DNA from: an uncultured Alphaproteobacteria bacterium
GTDB lineage: Bacteria > Pseudomonadota > Alphaproteobacteria > Rhizobiales > Beijerinckiaceae
Direction: 5' to 3'
Assembly: GCA_963835215.1 (NCBI GenBank)
Contig: CAWIES010000004.1
Coordinates: 371,121 to 435,120, forward strand
Length of the DNA: 64,000 nt
Shown: piece after piece, positions 31,771 through 42,190 of the stretch
How positions within the stretch are numbered: position 1 is the first letter of the stretch
Layout of the letters: each line of letters begins with the position of its first letter
Translations under genes and position numbers: made by a program
The notes under the pieces: model-generated
Told to the model about the DNA's origin: nothing
Seen by the model: only the letters and a program-made list of their open reading frames with translations
The model's database searches: none

Positions 31771-32897
31771 TCGAGACGGTCACGCAAACGGAAACTCGCC
31801 CGGACGATCAACGCTGGATGGACGCGGCGCTGCGGTTTGGCCGCCGCGGCCTCGGCCTCACCGCGCCCAACCCTAGCGTCGCCGCCCTGATCGTGCGCGA
31901 GGGCGTTCTCGTCGGGCGCGGCGTCACTCAGCCTGGCGGCCGCCCACACGCCGAACAAGTTGCGCTTGCGGAAGCCGGCGAGGCGGCGCGCGGCGCAACG
32001 ATCTACGTCACGCTCGAGCCCTGTTCGCATCATGGCAAGACGCCGCCTTGCGCCGAGGCGATTGTCGCGGCGGGCGTGGCGCGCGTCGTCGCCGCGCTCG
32101 AAGACCCCGATCCGCGCGTCGCCGGGCGCGGCTTCGCGATGCTGCGCGCAGCGGGGATCGCAGTCGAGGTCGGGGTCGGGGCCGAGCAGGCGCGGCGCGA
32201 TCACCGCGGCCACATTCTGCGCGTCACCGCCCAGAGGCCAATGGTGACGCTGAAGCTGGCGCGGACCGCCGATGGCTACGCGGCCGGCGACGACCACGAT
32301 CCGCGCCTCGCCATCACCGGCGAAGCGGCCAATCTTGCTGTGCAGGTGATGCGCTCGCTGCACGAAGCGATCATGGTCGGCATTGGCACCGCGCGCGAGG
32401 ACGATCCGCTGCTGACCGTCCGCTTGCCGGGCGTGAATGCGCGCCCGCTGCGCGTTGTGCTCGACGCTCGGCTCGAACTGCCGCTCGCTTCGCGGCTCGT
32501 CTCGACAGCGCGCGAGTTTCCGACGCTGATCGTGGCGACGCAGGCCGCGCCGCCGGAGCGCGAGGCGGCGCTTACCGCCGCCGGCGCCGAAATTGCGCGG
32601 GTCGCTGCGGTCGCCTCCGGCGGAATTGATCTTGGCGCGGCGCTGCGGCTGCTCGCCGCGCGGGGCGTGACCCGCGTTTTCAGCGAGGGTGGCCCGCGCG
32701 TCGCCGCGCGGCTGGTGGCGGCCGGGCTCGCGGACGAAGTGACGCTGTTCACGGCGTTGAAGCCGCTCGGGCGGCCGGGCCGCCCCGCGCTCGACGCGGC
32801 GACGCAAGGGGCGCTCGCCGATCCGGCGCGCTATCGCGAAAAGGATGGCGCAGCCTATGGCGACGACCGCCTGCGGCGCTGGGAGCGGGTGGGGTAG
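31767..32897 (+). CDS. ribD: Riboflavin biosynthesis deaminase/reductase RibD
   Basis: [33 protein letters not shown]. Confidence 0.95.
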   Translation: MIETVTQTETRPDDQRWMDAALRFGRRGLGLTAPNPSVAALIVREGVLVGRGVTQPGGRPHAEQVALAEAGEAARGATIYVTLEPCSHHGKTPPCAEAIVAAGVARVVAALEDPDPRVAGRGFAMLRAAGIAVEVGVGAEQARRDHRGHILRVTAQRPMVTLKLARTADGYAAGDDHDPRLAITGEAANLAVQVMRSLHEAIMVGIGTAREDDPLLTVRLPGVNARPLRVVLDARLELPLASRLVSTAREFPTLIVATQAAPPEREAALTAAGAEIARVAAVASGGIDLGAALRLLAARGVTRVFSEGGPRVAARLVAAGLADEVTLFTALKPLGRPGRPALDAATQGALADPARYREKDGAAYGDDRLRRWERVG

Positions 32898-32909
32898 AGG
32901 GAGACAAGC

Positions 32910-33528
32910 GTGTTCACCGGAATTGTCAGCGACGTCGGCGAGGTGCTCGACATCAAGCCAATCGGCGAATTGCGGCGCCTCACCGTCGGCTGCGCCTACG
33001 ACCCCGCTTCGATTGCGCTGGGCGCTTCGATCGCCGTCGCCGGCGTCTGCCTGACGGCCGTCTCGGCGGAGCGTACGAACAGCGGCGCGCGCGTCGCCTT
33101 CGACGTCGGCGCCGAGACGCTTGGCGGTGACGACGCTCGGTGGCTGGAAGGCCGGCGACAAGATCAATCTCGAACGTTCGCTGAAAGTCGGCGACGAGCT
33201 CGGCGGCCACATGGTCAGCGGCCATGTCGATGGCGTCGCCGAGATCGTCGAGCGGCGCGACTTCGACGGCATGACCCATCTGACCCTCCGCGTCCCGGCG
33301 CCGCTCGCCAAGTTCATCGCGGTCAAGGGGTCGGTGGCGCTCGATGGGACTTCGCTCACCGTCAACGCCGTCGGCGGCGACACGTTTGAGGTGCTGCTGA
33401 TCCCGCACACGCTGGCGGTGACGACCTGGGGCGCGCGCAAAGTCGGTGAGGGCGTCAACATCGAAGTCGATGTGATGGCCCGCTACGCCGCGCGGCTGAT
33501 CGAGGCCGCGAGCCCCCTCTCCCCGTGA
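32910..33528 (+). CDS. ribE: Riboflavin synthase (frameshift near 33125)
   Basis: MFTGIV, GVCLT, NLERSL, GGHMVSGHVDG, KGSVALDGTSLTVN. Confidence 0.93.
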
Positions 33529-33541
33529 ACGGGGAGAAGGG
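33513..33541. repeat. Single family-C hairpin between convergent genes (possible terminator)
   Basis: CCCCCTCTCCCCGT-GA-ACGGGGAGAAGGG. Confidence 0.55.
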
Positions 33542-33551
33542 ACGGCGGCTG

Positions 33552-34751
33552 CTAACGCCCGAGCGTCGAGGCGAGGCCCTGGCGCATCGCGAGGCGGCGT
33601 AACGGGCCGACGCCGGCGAGCGCGGCGAGGCCAAGGCCGCGCAGGGCGTCGATCGGCGGGAGGTGAGCGAGCAGCGCGCGGTTGAGGCCGTCGACCGCGG
33701 CGGTGCGCAAGGCGACGTCGGAGCGGCGGCTTTCAGCGTAGCGCTTGAGCGTCGCCGCATCGCCGATGTCGTCCGCCGCTTCGGCGGCCGTGATCAGGCC
33801 CTCGACATCGCGCAGGCCAAGATTGAGCCCCTGCGCGCCGATTGGGGGAAAGGCGTGCGCCGCATCGCCGATCAGCGCCAGCCGGGTCGCGACGAGGCTG
33901 CGGGCGCTTTGGCGCCCCATCGGGAACACGCCGCGCGCGCCTCCGATTGTCATGGCGCCGAGCAACGCGCGCCCCTGGCGTTCGATCTCGCGCGCCAGCG
34001 CCGTGTCGTCGAGCGCCGCGCGCCGCGCCGCCTCGGCTTCGTTCATCACCCAGACGAGGCTCGAGCGATGCCGCGCGCCAGCTTCAGGCGGCAACGGCAC
34101 CAGCGTGAACGGACCCTGGCGGGTGTGGAACTCGCTTGAAGCGTCCTCGTGCGAGCGCGTGTGTCGCAGAATGACGGTCAACGCGCTCTGGGGATAGCGA
34201 TGGAGGATCGCTTCGATGCCGGCGGCGCGGCGCGAGGGCGAATTGCGCCCGTCGGCGCCGACGACCAGGCGAGCGGTGAGCGCACGCCCGTCCTCGAGCC
34301 GCAACGTGGCGCCATCGGGGGTGAAATCGAAGGCGACGACCTTGCCGGCGATGCGGATTAGCCTGTCCGCGTCCATCGCCGCCGCTTCGAGCGCCTCGGC
34401 GAGACCGGCGTTCTCCATGTTCCAGCCGAAGGCGTCGCGGCCGATTTCATGCGCATGAAACGTGACTGGGCGCGGGGCGAACAGCGAGCCGGTGTCGTCG
34501 ATGATGCGCAACGTGCGCAGCGGCGCCGCGCGGCTCGCGAACTCGGGCCAGACGCCCAGTCGTTCAAGGAGGTCGATCGAGGGCCCGAGCAGCGCGACGG
34601 TGCGCCCTTGGCCGAGCCGCTCGACTTCGCCGCAGGAAATCACGCGGAAGCCGGCGCGGGCCAGGCCAATCGCCGCCGCCAGCCCGGCGAGCCCGGCGCC
34701 GACGACGAAAACGTCGCAATTCGCGCTCGGTTCGGACTGTCGGGGGGCCAT
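33552..34751 (-). CDS. UbiH/UbiF-family FAD-dependent hydroxylase
   Basis: VVGAGLAGL, VGADGRNS, GDAAHAFPPIGAQGLNLGLRD. Confidence 0.9.
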   Translation of the reverse strand: MAPRQSEPSANCDVFVVGAGLAGLAAAIGLARAGFRVISCGEVERLGQGRTVALLGPSIDLLERLGVWPEFASRAAPLRTLRIIDDTGSLFAPRPVTFHAHEIGRDAFGWNMENAGLAEALEAAAMDADRLIRIAGKVVAFDFTPDGATLRLEDGRALTARLVVGADGRNSPSRRAAGIEAILHRYPQSALTVILRHTRSHEDASSEFHTRQGPFTLVPLPPEAGARHRSSLVWVMNEAEAARRAALDDTALAREIERQGRALLGAMTIGGARGVFPMGRQSARSLVATRLALIGDAAHAFPPIGAQGLNLGLRDVEGLITAAEAADDIGDAATLKRYAESRRSDVALRTAAVDGLNRALLAHLPPIDALRGLGLAALAGVGPLRRLAMRQGLASTLGR

Positions 34752-34805
34752 TGCCCTATCCTGACACGCGTGCTTTCTGACTGTCCAGCCGAGCGCGGGC
34801 AAACG

Positions 34806-35552
34806 GTGGGGCGTTTGGGACAAGACCACATCACGAGCGGGCGCAAAGCCCCGCCGGGTCGCCGCGTGGCGGGGTTCTCGGTCCATCTTTTCACCGCTTC
34901 GGGCGCCGCCGTCGCGCTACTCGCGCTCGCGGCGGCGATCGAGCGCAACTTCCCGCTCTGCTTCGCCTGGCTGGGGCTCGCGCTGTTCATCGACGGGATC
35001 GACGGCACGCTCGCCCGCTTTGCCCGCGTCGGCGAGACCGCGGCGACGATCGACGGCGCAACGCTCGATCTGGTGGTCGATTTTCTCACCTATGTCCTGA
35101 CGCCGGTGGTGGCGCTGTGGCGCTCCGAGCTGATGCCTCCGGCGGTCGCGCTCGCGCTCGGCGTCGTCGTCGTCATCGCCTCGGCGCTGTATTTCGCGGG
35201 CACGCGGATGAAGACGCCCGACCATTGGTTCCGCGGCTTTCCCGCGCTGTGGAACGCCTTCGCGTTCTACCTCTTCGTCTTCAAGCCGCCGTGGCCGGTC
35301 TGCGCGGCGCTGACGCTGGTTGCGACGGCGGCGATGTTCGCGCCGGTCGTCTTCGTCCACCCGCTGCGGGTCAGGCAATTGCGCGCCTTGACGATCGTCG
35401 CGACGATCGCCTGGTTCGCGCTCGCGGCAATCGCGATTTTTCAGGGGCTCGAGCCGGCGCTGTGGGTGAAGATTGGCCTCGCCGTGATCGCCCTCTATGT
35501 CCTCGCGCTCCCGCTCGCGCGCCGCGCGCCCTGGGTGGATTCGCAGGGTTGA
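34806..35552 (+). CDS. pcs: Phosphatidylcholine synthase
   Basis: VHLFTASG, DGIDGTLAR, LDLVVDFLTYV, FRGFPALWN, FVHPLRV. Confidence 0.9.
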   Translation: MGRLGQDHITSGRKAPPGRRVAGFSVHLFTASGAAVALLALAAAIERNFPLCFAWLGLALFIDGIDGTLARFARVGETAATIDGATLDLVVDFLTYVLTPVVALWRSELMPPAVALALGVVVVIASALYFAGTRMKTPDHWFRGFPALWNAFAFYLFVFKPPWPVCAALTLVATAAMFAPVVFVHPLRVRQLRALTIVATIAWFALAAIAIFQGLEPALWVKIGLAVIALYVLALPLARRAPWVDSQG

Positions 35553-35646
35553 CGCTTCGGCGCCGCGCGGCGCCGCTGGCGGCTTGCCGCCGCGCGGCGA
35601 AACACGCTATAGCCGCCCCGTCGCTGCGTTTTGGCGCAAGCGGCAT

Positions 35647-35720
35647 GGCCTCGTGGCGGAGTGGCTACGCAGAGGACTGCAAATCCTTGCACCCCGGTTC
35701 GATTCCGGGCGAGGCCTCCA
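35647..35720 (+). tRNA. tRNA-Cys (GCA)
   Basis: Acceptor stem GGCCTCG/CGAGGCC, anticodon arm GAGGA-CTGCAAA-TCCTT, T-loop GGTTCGATTCC, encoded CCA; 74 nt. Confidence 0.97.
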
Positions 35721-35780
35721 TTTTCGGTTTCGGCGCCGGCAGGGGGCGCTTGGGCGAATAGCGCGAGCGGGGCGAGGGGA

Positions 35781-36440
35781 ATGGAATCCAACTCTTTGGC
35801 GGCGCAGCGCCTGCACATGGTCAACGGTCAGCTTCGTACGGCTGATGTCAACGATCTTGACCTACTGGCGGCGTTTCTTGAGGTTCCGCGCGAGGCTTTC
35901 GTCGCGCCCCAACAGGCGCAATTCGCCTATCGCGACGGCGATCAACCCTCGCTCGGATCGGACGTGCGGCGCTTGCTCGCGCCGGTCGTATTGGCGCGGC
36001 TGTTGCAAGCGGCCCTGGTCAAGCCGGGCGACCGGGCGCTCGATGTCGGCGGCGGCGCCGGTTACGGCGCGGCGATTCTCGCCCACCTCGGCGCCAAGGT
36101 CACCGCGCTCGAATCCGACCCCGGCGCGGCGGCCGCCGCGCGCAAATGTCTGACCAATAGCCCGGAGATCGAAGTCCTCGAGGGCGATCTCGCAGACGGC
36201 GCCAAGGGCAGGGGGCCGTTCGACGTCATCGTTATCGAGGGCGCCTTTGAGACCGCGCCCGAGGCGCTTCTGGACGAACTCGCTGAAAACGGGCGGCTGG
36301 TGGGGATCGAGGCCGATTCGCGCGCCCAGTCGGCGGTGCTGATCGAGCGCCGGGGCGGCGGCTCGAGCCGCCGCGTGCTGTTCGAGACCCGGGCGGCGAC
36401 GCTTGAAGTGTTCCGCCGGACTCCCAATTTCGCATTTTAG
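35781..36440 (+). CDS. pcm: Protein-L-isoaspartate O-methyltransferase family protein
   Basis: RLHMVNGQLRT, VPREAFV, LDVGGGAGYGAAIL, GPFDVI; pcm-tolC-popZ order. Confidence 0.88.
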   Translation: MESNSLAAQRLHMVNGQLRTADVNDLDLLAAFLEVPREAFVAPQQAQFAYRDGDQPSLGSDVRRLLAPVVLARLLQAALVKPGDRALDVGGGAGYGAAILAHLGAKVTALESDPGAAAAARKCLTNSPEIEVLEGDLADGAKGRGPFDVIVIEGAFETAPEALLDELAENGRLVGIEADSRAQSAVLIERRGGGSSRRVLFETRAATLEVFRRTPNFAF

Positions 36441-36720
36441 TCGCGGCAATGTGATTGCATCGGCGCCGGGTGGTCTTGCAATTGTCCCCCTCGTCTACGG
36501 GTGTCGCATGGATGTGACAGTCGACTGTTTTCTGGGGAGACTTTGCGGCGAATCTGCGCCTGGGAGTAGCCGGCGGCCTTGTTTCCCTTGTAAGCTTGCT
36601 TACGATTAATGCGTTGATTCCGCGCGTCGGGTTGGCGTGTGCGGCCCAGGCGGCGTGAGCCGCTCGCTCATTCTACGGGCTGGGTCGGCGTCGCGGCGGG
36701 GACGCGCCCTAGAGGCTGCA

Positions 36721-38139
36721 ATGGATCGTTTTGTGATTTTGGGTGTTTCGCGGACTTCGAGTGCGGCGCGCGGTTGGCGACAAAGCGTCGCGATCGTGGC
36801 GCTGTGCGCTGGCCTATTTGCGACTGGCGCAAGCGCCGAGACGATCGGCGGCGCGCTGACCAAGGCCTACGCCAACAACCCCGACATCAACCAGCAACGC
36901 GCCGCAGTGCGCGTCTCGGACGAAAATATTCCCAAGGCCAACGCCGCCAATCTGCCCAACATCTCGGCCGAGGCGGACGCGGGCCGTGAGGACTTCGAGC
37001 CGACTGGCATTCCCGCGACGGACGCCACGGTTACCTCGCCGCGCGGCTACGGCGTGACCGTCACGCAGAATGTTTGGAACGGCAACCGCAACGACAACAC
37101 GATTCGTCAAGCCGAATCGGGCGTGTTCGGCGCGCGCGAGCAATTGCGCAACACCGAACAGAACGTGCTGCTCAGCGCCGTCACCTATTACATGGACGTG
37201 ATGCGCGACAGCGCAATCCTTGAGCTCGACCGCAACAACGTCGAGGTGCTGCAAGAGCAGCTTCGTCAGACGCAGGATCGCTTCAACGTCGGCGAGGTGA
37301 CGCGCACCGACGTTGCGCAGGCGGAGGCGAGCTTGGCGGGCGCGCGCGCGACCGCGCTCGGCGCGCAGTCGCAGTTGCAGGCTTCGCTCGCCAATTATCG
37401 TAAGGCAATCGGCGACGACCCGCGCAGCCTCTCGCCGGTTTCCCCGATTGTGCGCGAATTGCCCAAGACCCTGCCGGAGGCGATCGGCGTTTCGCAGGTC
37501 GAGCATCCGGCGATCGTCGCCATGCTGCATGGGATCGACGCTGCGGCCCTGCAGGTGAAGATCGCCGAGGGCGCGCTCGCTCCAACCATCGGCCTCACCG
37601 GGCAGGTGCAGAAGCGTTACGACTACCAGGCGATTCCAGGCAGCCAAGTCTACGTCGCCTCGATCGTCGGGCAGATTTCGGTGCCAATCTACGACGGCGG
37701 CCTCAGCTTCGCTTCGACCCGCCAGGCCAAGGAGCAGCTCGGCCAGACGGAGTTGCAGACTGACTTACAGCGCGACACCGTGCGCGCAGCGGTGGTCGCC
37801 GCCTGGGGCGCCAATCAGAATTCCGGCGGCGTGCTGCGCGCCGCTCGCGCCGAGGTGCAGGCGGCGGAGGTCGCGCTTGCGGGCGTGCGCGAAGAGGCCA
37901 AAGTCGGCCAGCGCACGACGCTCGACGTCCTCAACGCACAGCAGGCGCTGCTCAATGCGCGCGTCCAGCTCGTCACCGCCCAACACGACAGCGTGGTCAA
38001 TTCCTACAGCCTGCTCTCGGCGGTCGGACGTTTGTCGATCCGCACGCTCGGCATCGCGACCGCCGAATACGACCCGAGGGTTCACTTCGACCAGGTGAAG
38101 AACAAGCTGTGGGGCGTGCGCACGCCGGACGGCAAGTGA
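36721..38139 (+). CDS. tolC: TolC-family outer membrane protein
   Basis: ALTKAYANNP, RFNVGEVTRTDVAQAEA, EAKVGQRTTLDVLNAQQ. Confidence 0.93.
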   Translation: MDRFVILGVSRTSSAARGWRQSVAIVALCAGLFATGASAETIGGALTKAYANNPDINQQRAAVRVSDENIPKANAANLPNISAEADAGREDFEPTGIPATDATVTSPRGYGVTVTQNVWNGNRNDNTIRQAESGVFGAREQLRNTEQNVLLSAVTYYMDVMRDSAILELDRNNVEVLQEQLRQTQDRFNVGEVTRTDVAQAEASLAGARATALGAQSQLQASLANYRKAIGDDPRSLSPVSPIVRELPKTLPEAIGVSQVEHPAIVAMLHGIDAAALQVKIAEGALAPTIGLTGQVQKRYDYQAIPGSQVYVASIVGQISVPIYDGGLSFASTRQAKEQLGQTELQTDLQRDTVRAAVVAAWGANQNSGGVLRAARAEVQAAEVALAGVREEAKVGQRTTLDVLNAQQALLNARVQLVTAQHDSVVNSYSLLSAVGRLSIRTLGIATAEYDPRVHFDQVKNKLWGVRTPDGK

Positions 38140-38318
38140 GGCGCCTAAGTGACGCGCTCACGCGAGGCGCTGGCGCGTGAGCACAAGATTCTCGACCTGA
38201 CCTAACGCCTCGGTCTTGCGTCGGCGACTTAAGTCGTTCACCTTTGCTTCACACAAGGCGTTCGCTTCGCCGGTTCGGCGAAACGAGAAGCGCGCTCATC
38301 GGCGCGGAGGCGGCGACA

Positions 38319-38855
38319 ATGAACTCACCCAATCTCACCCCGGGCGAGCGCGACCTGGAAGCGTTGCGTCGCGCGCAGCGCGCCCACGAGCCCTCGATGG
38401 AGGAAATCCTCGCCTCGATCCGCTCGATCATCGCCGACGATCGCGAGCCCCCGGTCAAGCCAGCCCCCGCGCCGAGCGGCCCGCAGATCGTCTATTCCAA
38501 GGACGAGTTCGCCGCGCGCGTCGCCGAGCTGCCGCCGGCCGAGCCACCGATGCCCAAAGTCGTGTGGAGCGCGCCGCCGCCCGAAGCGATTGCGCCCCCG
38601 CCGAGCCGACCGGCGCCACAGGCCCCCGAGCCGGAGAGCGGCGCGCTGCTGTCCCCCCAAGCCGACGAGGCGGTCACGGCCGCCTTCGAGCAGCTGTCGG
38701 CCGGTCTGGCGCTTCAAAGCGCCGAGCTCGCCGAAAACATGACGCGCGAGATCCTGCGCCCGATGCTCAAAGCGTGGCTCGACGAGAACCTGCCGAGCCT
38801 GGTCGAGCGTCTGGTGCGCGCCGAAATCCAACGCGTCGCCCGCGGCGTCCGCTAA
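38319..38855 (+). CDS. popZ: Polar organizing protein PopZ (DUF2497)
   Basis: EPSMEEILASIRSII, Pro-rich linker, LRPMLKAWLDENLPSLVERLVRAEI. Confidence 0.92.
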   Translation: MNSPNLTPGERDLEALRRAQRAHEPSMEEILASIRSIIADDREPPVKPAPAPSGPQIVYSKDEFAARVAELPPAEPPMPKVVWSAPPPEAIAPPPSRPAPQAPEPESGALLSPQADEAVTAAFEQLSAGLALQSAELAENMTREILRPMLKAWLDENLPSLVERLVRAEIQRVARGVR

Positions 38856-39090
38856 ACGCTTCACCCTCTGTCCTTCACGTCGGCGAGGCTTCCCCAGTCT
38901 TCATGCTGGGGGGCGGCGGCCATCTCGCATTGACATTCGTCTGCGCGCTGGCATTAAGCGGGCGCCGCCGGCCCTTCCCTTGGAGGGGACGGCGTTTTTC
39001 GCGCTGGCCTGCCGGCGCGCCCTCGTTTTTTAACCCGCCGGGAGCGCCCTTCGCGCCGCGCTCGGCGAGAGCCGCACCGGGCCGCGCCAG

Positions 39091-41970
39091 ATGATGGAAA
39101 AATCGTTCCAAGCCGCCGAAGTCGAACCGCGCGTCGCCGAGCGCTGGGAGGCGGCGGGCGCCTTTCGGGCTGGGCGGGCGGAGCGGAGCGAGGCCGAACC
39201 GTTTTGCGTGGTGATCCCCCCGCCCAATGTCACCGGCAACCTGCACATGGGCCACGCGCTCAACAACACGTTGCAGGACATCTTGTGTCGCTATCAGCGC
39301 ATGAAGGGCCGCGACGTGCTGTGGCAGCCGGGCACCGACCATGCGGGCATCGCCACACAGATGGTGGTCGAGCGCCAGCTTGCCGAGCGCAAGCAGGCCG
39401 ACCGGCGCACGCTCGGGCGCGACGCGTTCCTAGCGCGCGTGTGGGAATGGAAGGCCGAGTCTGGCGGCGCCATCGTCCAGCAGCTCCGCCGGCTCGGAGC
39501 CTCCTGCGACTGGAGCCGCGAACGCTTCACCCTCGACGAGGGCCTGTCGCGGGCGGTCGCCAAGGTTTTCGTCCAGCTCCATCGTGACGGGCTGATCTAC
39601 AAGGCTAAGCGGCTGGTCAATTGGGACCCGAAGTTCCAGACGGCCATTTCCGATCTCGAAGTCGTTCAGGTCGAGTGCAAGGGCGCATTCAAATGGGCGC
39701 GCGGCGACGCCGCGCCATTCGACGAGGCGGCCTTAGCGAAGGCGCTCGCGCGCAACCCGGGCGGCCATCTCTATTATTTCGACTATCCGGTCGTCGATGC
39801 GCAGGGCGAGGAGACCGGCGAGGTCGTCACCGTGGCGACCACCAGGCCCGAGACGATGCTGGGCGACAGCGCGGTCGCCGTCCATCCCGACGATCCGCGC
39901 TTTAGCGCGCTCGTCGGCGCCAATGTGCGCTTGCCGCTGGTCGGGCGGTTGATGCGGATCGTTGCCGATAGCTATTCCGATCCTGAGAAGGGGACGGGCG
40001 CGGTCAAAATCACGCCTGCCCACGACTTCAACGACTTTGAAGTCGGCAAGCGCCACGAAGCTGAAGGGGCGAGGGCGATCAACATCCTCGACGCCGAGGC
40101 GCGCGTCTGGCTGAAGGGCAATCTCGACTTCTTCGATGGGCTCGAGGCGGCCGATCACGAGCTCTCGCAGCTCGTCGCCGCGCTTGATGGCGCCGATCGC
40201 TTTGTCGCCCGCGCGCGCATCGTCGGCATGATGGCGACGCTGGGGCGGCTCGCCAAGATCGAGCCGCACGCCCACACCGCGCCGCATGGCGACCGTTCCA
40301 ATGCGGTCATCGAGCCGTGGTTGACCGACCAGTGGTACGTCGACGCCAAGACGCTCGCCCAGCCCGCGCTCGCGGCGGTGCGCGACGGGCGCACGCAGTT
40401 CACGCCGAAGAATTGGGAGAAGACCTATTACGACTGGCTGGAGAACATCCAGCCGTGGTGCGTGTCGCGCCAACTCTGGTGGGGCCACCAGATTCCGGCG
40501 TGGTACGCGCCCTGGGGCTCGGTCTATGTCGAAGAGAGCGAGGAGGCGGCCTTTGCGGTTGCGCTCGCCGATGGCGTCGAGCGCGGCGCGCTGAGCGAAG
40601 CGGAAGCAACCGCGCTCACCGCCGATCCGGAGCGGCTGCGCGCGTTGATCCCGCGCGATCCCGACGTGCTCGACACCTGGTTCTCCTCGGCGCTGTGGCC
40701 GTTCTCGACGCTCGGCTGGCCCGAGGATACGCCGGAACTCGCGCGCTTCTACCCGACCAGCGCGCTCGTCACCGGCTTCGACATCATCTTCTTCTGGGTG
40801 GCCCGGATGATGATGATGGGCCTGCACTTCCGCGGCGAAGTCCCGTTCCGCGACGTTTACATCCACGCTCTCGTGCGCGACGAGAAGGGCGCGAAAATGT
40901 CGAAGTCGAAGGGCAACGTCATCGACCCGCTCGCGCTGATCGACCGTTTCGGCGCCGATGCGCTGCGCTTCACGCTGGCGGCGATGGCCGCGCAAGGACG
41001 CGACATCAAGCTGTCGGAGGGCCGGGTCGAGGGCTACCGCAATTTCGCGACCAAACTCTGGAACGCTTCGCGCTTTGCCGAGATGAACGGCTGCACGCGG
41101 GTCGCCGGCTACGATCCCAAGGACGCGCGCGAGCCGCTCAACCGTTGGATCCTCGCCGAAGCCGCCAGGGCGGTCGCCGAGACCAGCGCGGCGATCGAAT
41201 CCTACCGCTTCAATGACGCCGCCAACGCCGCCTATCGCTTCGTCTGGAGCGTCTTCTGCGATTGGTGCCTCGAGCTCGCCAAGCCGGTGCTGCAAGGGGA
41301 GGGGGATTCGCCAGCCAAGCGCGAGACCCAGGCGACGATCGCCCATGTTCTCGACGACGTCATCGCGCTGCTGCACCCGTTCATGCCCTTCATCACCGAG
41401 GAGCTGTGGGCGATCAAGGGCGAGGTCGGTCCGCCGCGCGCGGACGTGCTGGCGCTCGGACCCTGGCCGAGCTCCGAGTTGGCCATCGACCCTGTGGCCG
41501 AGGCGGAGATCGGCTGGGTGGTCGAGCTCGTCTCGGAGATCCGCTCGGTGCGCTCCGAGATGGGCGTTCCCGCCGCCGCCCAGCCCAAACTGACGCTGGT
41601 CCAGTCGTCGCCCAGCCAGGCGGACGTCGCGCGCCGCTGGGCCGAGACGATCAAGCGCCTCGCCCGGGTCGGCGAGGTCGACTTCGCCGACGCGCCGCCC
41701 GCGGGCTCGTTGCAGCTCGTCGTGCGCGGAGCGCTGGTCGCGATCCCGGTCGCCGGCATCCTCGACATCGAGGCCGAGCGGGCGCGGCTGGGCAAGGAGA
41801 TCGCCGCCGAGGAAGGGGAGGTCGCCAAGGTCGACGCCAAGCTCGCCAACGCCGATTTCGTCGCGAGAGCTCCCGAGGAGGTCGTCGCCGAGCATCAGGA
41901 GCGGCGCGAAGCCTCTCTGGCCCGCATCGCTAAGATGAGCGCGGCGCGCGAGCGCCTGCAGCGCCTGTAA
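39091..41970 (+). CDS. valS: Valine--tRNA ligase
   Basis: PPPNVTGNLHMGH, KMSKS, DVLDTWFSS, C-terminal coiled coil. Confidence 0.98.
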   Translation: MMEKSFQAAEVEPRVAERWEAAGAFRAGRAERSEAEPFCVVIPPPNVTGNLHMGHALNNTLQDILCRYQRMKGRDVLWQPGTDHAGIATQMVVERQLAERKQADRRTLGRDAFLARVWEWKAESGGAIVQQLRRLGASCDWSRERFTLDEGLSRAVAKVFVQLHRDGLIYKAKRLVNWDPKFQTAISDLEVVQVECKGAFKWARGDAAPFDEAALAKALARNPGGHLYYFDYPVVDAQGEETGEVVTVATTRPETMLGDSAVAVHPDDPRFSALVGANVRLPLVGRLMRIVADSYSDPEKGTGAVKITPAHDFNDFEVGKRHEAEGARAINILDAEARVWLKGNLDFFDGLEAADHELSQLVAALDGADRFVARARIVGMMATLGRLAKIEPHAHTAPHGDRSNAVIEPWLTDQWYVDAKTLAQPALAAVRDGRTQFTPKNWEKTYYDWLENIQPWCVSRQLWWGHQIPAWYAPWGSVYVEESEEAAFAVALADGVERGALSEAEATALTADPERLRALIPRDPDVLDTWFSSALWPFSTLGWPEDTPELARFYPTSALVTGFDIIFFWVARMMMMGLHFRGEVPFRDVYIHALVRDEKGAKMSKSKGNVIDPLALIDRFGADALRFTLAAMAAQGRDIKLSEGRVEGYRNFATKLWNASRFAEMNGCTRVAGYDPKDAREPLNRWILAEAARAVAETSAAIESYRFNDAANAAYRFVWSVFCDWCLELAKPVLQGEGDSPAKRETQATIAHVLDDVIALLHPFMPFITEELWAIKGEVGPPRADVLALGPWPSSELAIDPVAEAEIGWVVELVSEIRSVRSEMGVPAAAQPKLTLVQSSPSQADVARRWAETIKRLARVGEVDFADAPPAGSLQLVVRGALVAIPVAGILDIEAERARLGKEIAAEEGEVAKVDAKLANADFVARAPEEVVAEHQERREASLARIAKMSAARERLQRL

Positions 41971-42190
41971 AAGCGGGCCCGGCGGGACTGGTTAAGGGCG
42001 ATCGTTGCAATTGGGCAACAGCCCGCGGGCAAAGCGATTCCGCCGGGATTTCAGCGTTCCCACGCCCAGATTGCGCCATAAACCCCGCGCTATTTGCCAG
42101 TCTAAAGCAAGCGGAAGCCGATGCCGCAGTGGCGGCGAACTCAACGGGCGCCGTGCGGGCGGTCAGTTGACGGGCGAGGTTGGAAGCAGA

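Noticed and set aside
35647-35720. tRNA-Cys as an integration site
   Set aside because: No integrase and no duplicate of the tRNA 3' end seen. Both flanks are core genes.
39733-41895. Long antisense ORFs (also 1-1680, 29675-31249, 31653-33461, 60004-61965)
   Set aside because: Expected shadow frames opposite real genes in high-GC DNA; no recognisable motifs.
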